Below are positions 25,711-26,414 of a DNA stretch of 26,414 bases, in pieces. Numbering within the stretch: position 1 is the first letter of the stretch; the number at the start of each line of letters is the position of its first letter. The stretch is from Oligoflexus sp. (GTDB taxonomy: Bacteria; Bdellovibrionota_B; Oligoflexia; Oligoflexales; Oligoflexaceae), in the NCBI GenBank assembly GCA_041736305.1, contig JBGSTX010000147.1:1-26414 (forward strand), in the 5' to 3' direction. The position numbers and the translations under genes were made by a program. Under the pieces are notes generated by a model that saw only the letters and a program-made list of their open reading frames with translations, did not search any database and had not been told where the DNA came from.

Positions 25711-26414
25711 ATGAGCTTAGCAGGTTTCAGCACCTTAGGTGTCGTCGGGAGCGGGCAAATGGGCAGCGGAATCGCACAAGTTGCCGCTAGCAAAGGCCTC
25801 GCGGTAATTCTCGTCGATATCAATTCGGCTCAGCTCGAAGCCGCACGAAAGAATATAGGCCAGTCCCTCAGCAAGCTTGAGGCGAAAGGACTCCTGAGCG
25901 GCACCACTGCCGCGGCGGTTTTGGAACGTCTCAGTTTCAGAGGCACAATGGACGCATTGAGCAGCTCTGACCTTGTCATTGAGGCCGTTAGTGAGCAGGA
26001 ATCTCTGAAAATTAAGATTCTAGGTGAACTCGATCGCCTGCTACCGGCAGCTTCGATAATCGCCAGCAACACCTCATCTATACCGATCACCCGTCTGGCA
26101 ACGAGTACGCAACGTCCCGACCGCGTTATCGGCATGCATTTTATGAATCCGGTCCCTCTCATGAAGCTGGTCGAGGTCATTCCGGCAATGACTACTTCCG
26201 AAGCTGTGACCGAACGTATCGTAAAGCTAGCCGAGGCTTTGGATAAAGAAGTGTCACGCTCGCAAGATTACCCAGGATTTGTGGTCAACCGTATTCTGAT
26301 GCCGATGATCAACGAAGCTTTTACTGCCCTCATGGAAGGTGTCGCGTCTGCTGTCGACATCGACAAAGGCATGAAACTCGGCACTAATCAACCTATGGGC
26401 CCGCTAACGCTGGC
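25711..26414 (+). CDS. hbd: 3-hydroxybutyryl-CoA / 3-hydroxyacyl-CoA dehydrogenase, truncated by the window end (absent from the ORF track)
   Basis: Manual translation: MSLAGFSTLGVVGSGQMGSGIAQV...DLVIEAVSE...ASNTSSIPIT...GMHFMNPVPLMKLVEVI...PGFVVNRILMPMINEA...DIDKGMKLGTNQPMGPL. Confidence 0.96.
   Translation, partial: MSLAGFSTLGVVGSGQMGSGIAQVAASKGLAVILVDINSAQLEAARKNIGQSLSKLEAKGLLSGTTAAAVLERLSFRGTMDALSSSDLVIEAVSEQESLKIKILGELDRLLPAASIIASNTSSIPITRLATSTQRPDRVIGMHFMNPVPLMKLVEVIPAMTTSEAVTERIVKLAEALDKEVSRSQDYPGFVVNRILMPMINEAFTALMEGVASAVDIDKGMKLGTNQPMGPLTL

Noticed and set aside
25830-26180. 116-aa minus-strand ORF
   Set aside because: Antisense shadow of hbd.

Overview
Bacterial chromosomal DNA, probably Bdellovibrionota/Oligoflexia-like. 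That placement is an inference from the short MGLRIKTN-type flagellin, the receiver-TPR protein and the many orphan lipoproteins. The main feature is a tightly packed 8-gene minus-strand operon (11587->323). It encodes a DAG-kinase-family lipid kinase, a fused acyl-ACP-reductase-like (COG5322) protein, an extended SDR resembling the aldehyde-reductase domain of fatty acyl-CoA reductases, a BtaA/DUF3419 aminocarboxypropyl transferase, an OleC-like AMP ligase, a UbiA-family transferase, a rifampin-phosphotransferase-architecture dikinase and a GNAT. I read it as an uncharacterised lipid or lipid-like metabolite pathway. The rest of the window holds a cluster of unknown envelope proteins, a sigma28-driven orphan flagellin, a polytopic membrane protein, a degenerate sensor-kinase-like gene convergent with a pseudo-receiver-TPR gene, pabB and a partial hbd. 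A second system is non-coding. A 238-bp fold-back element (25352-25589) has 82-nt inverted arms built from in-register hexamers and capped by a 22-nt REP-like hairpin. The same cap recurs at 82-103, next to the (TAGGGC)12 array that opens the window. All family calls come from motif recognition by eye; no searches were run.
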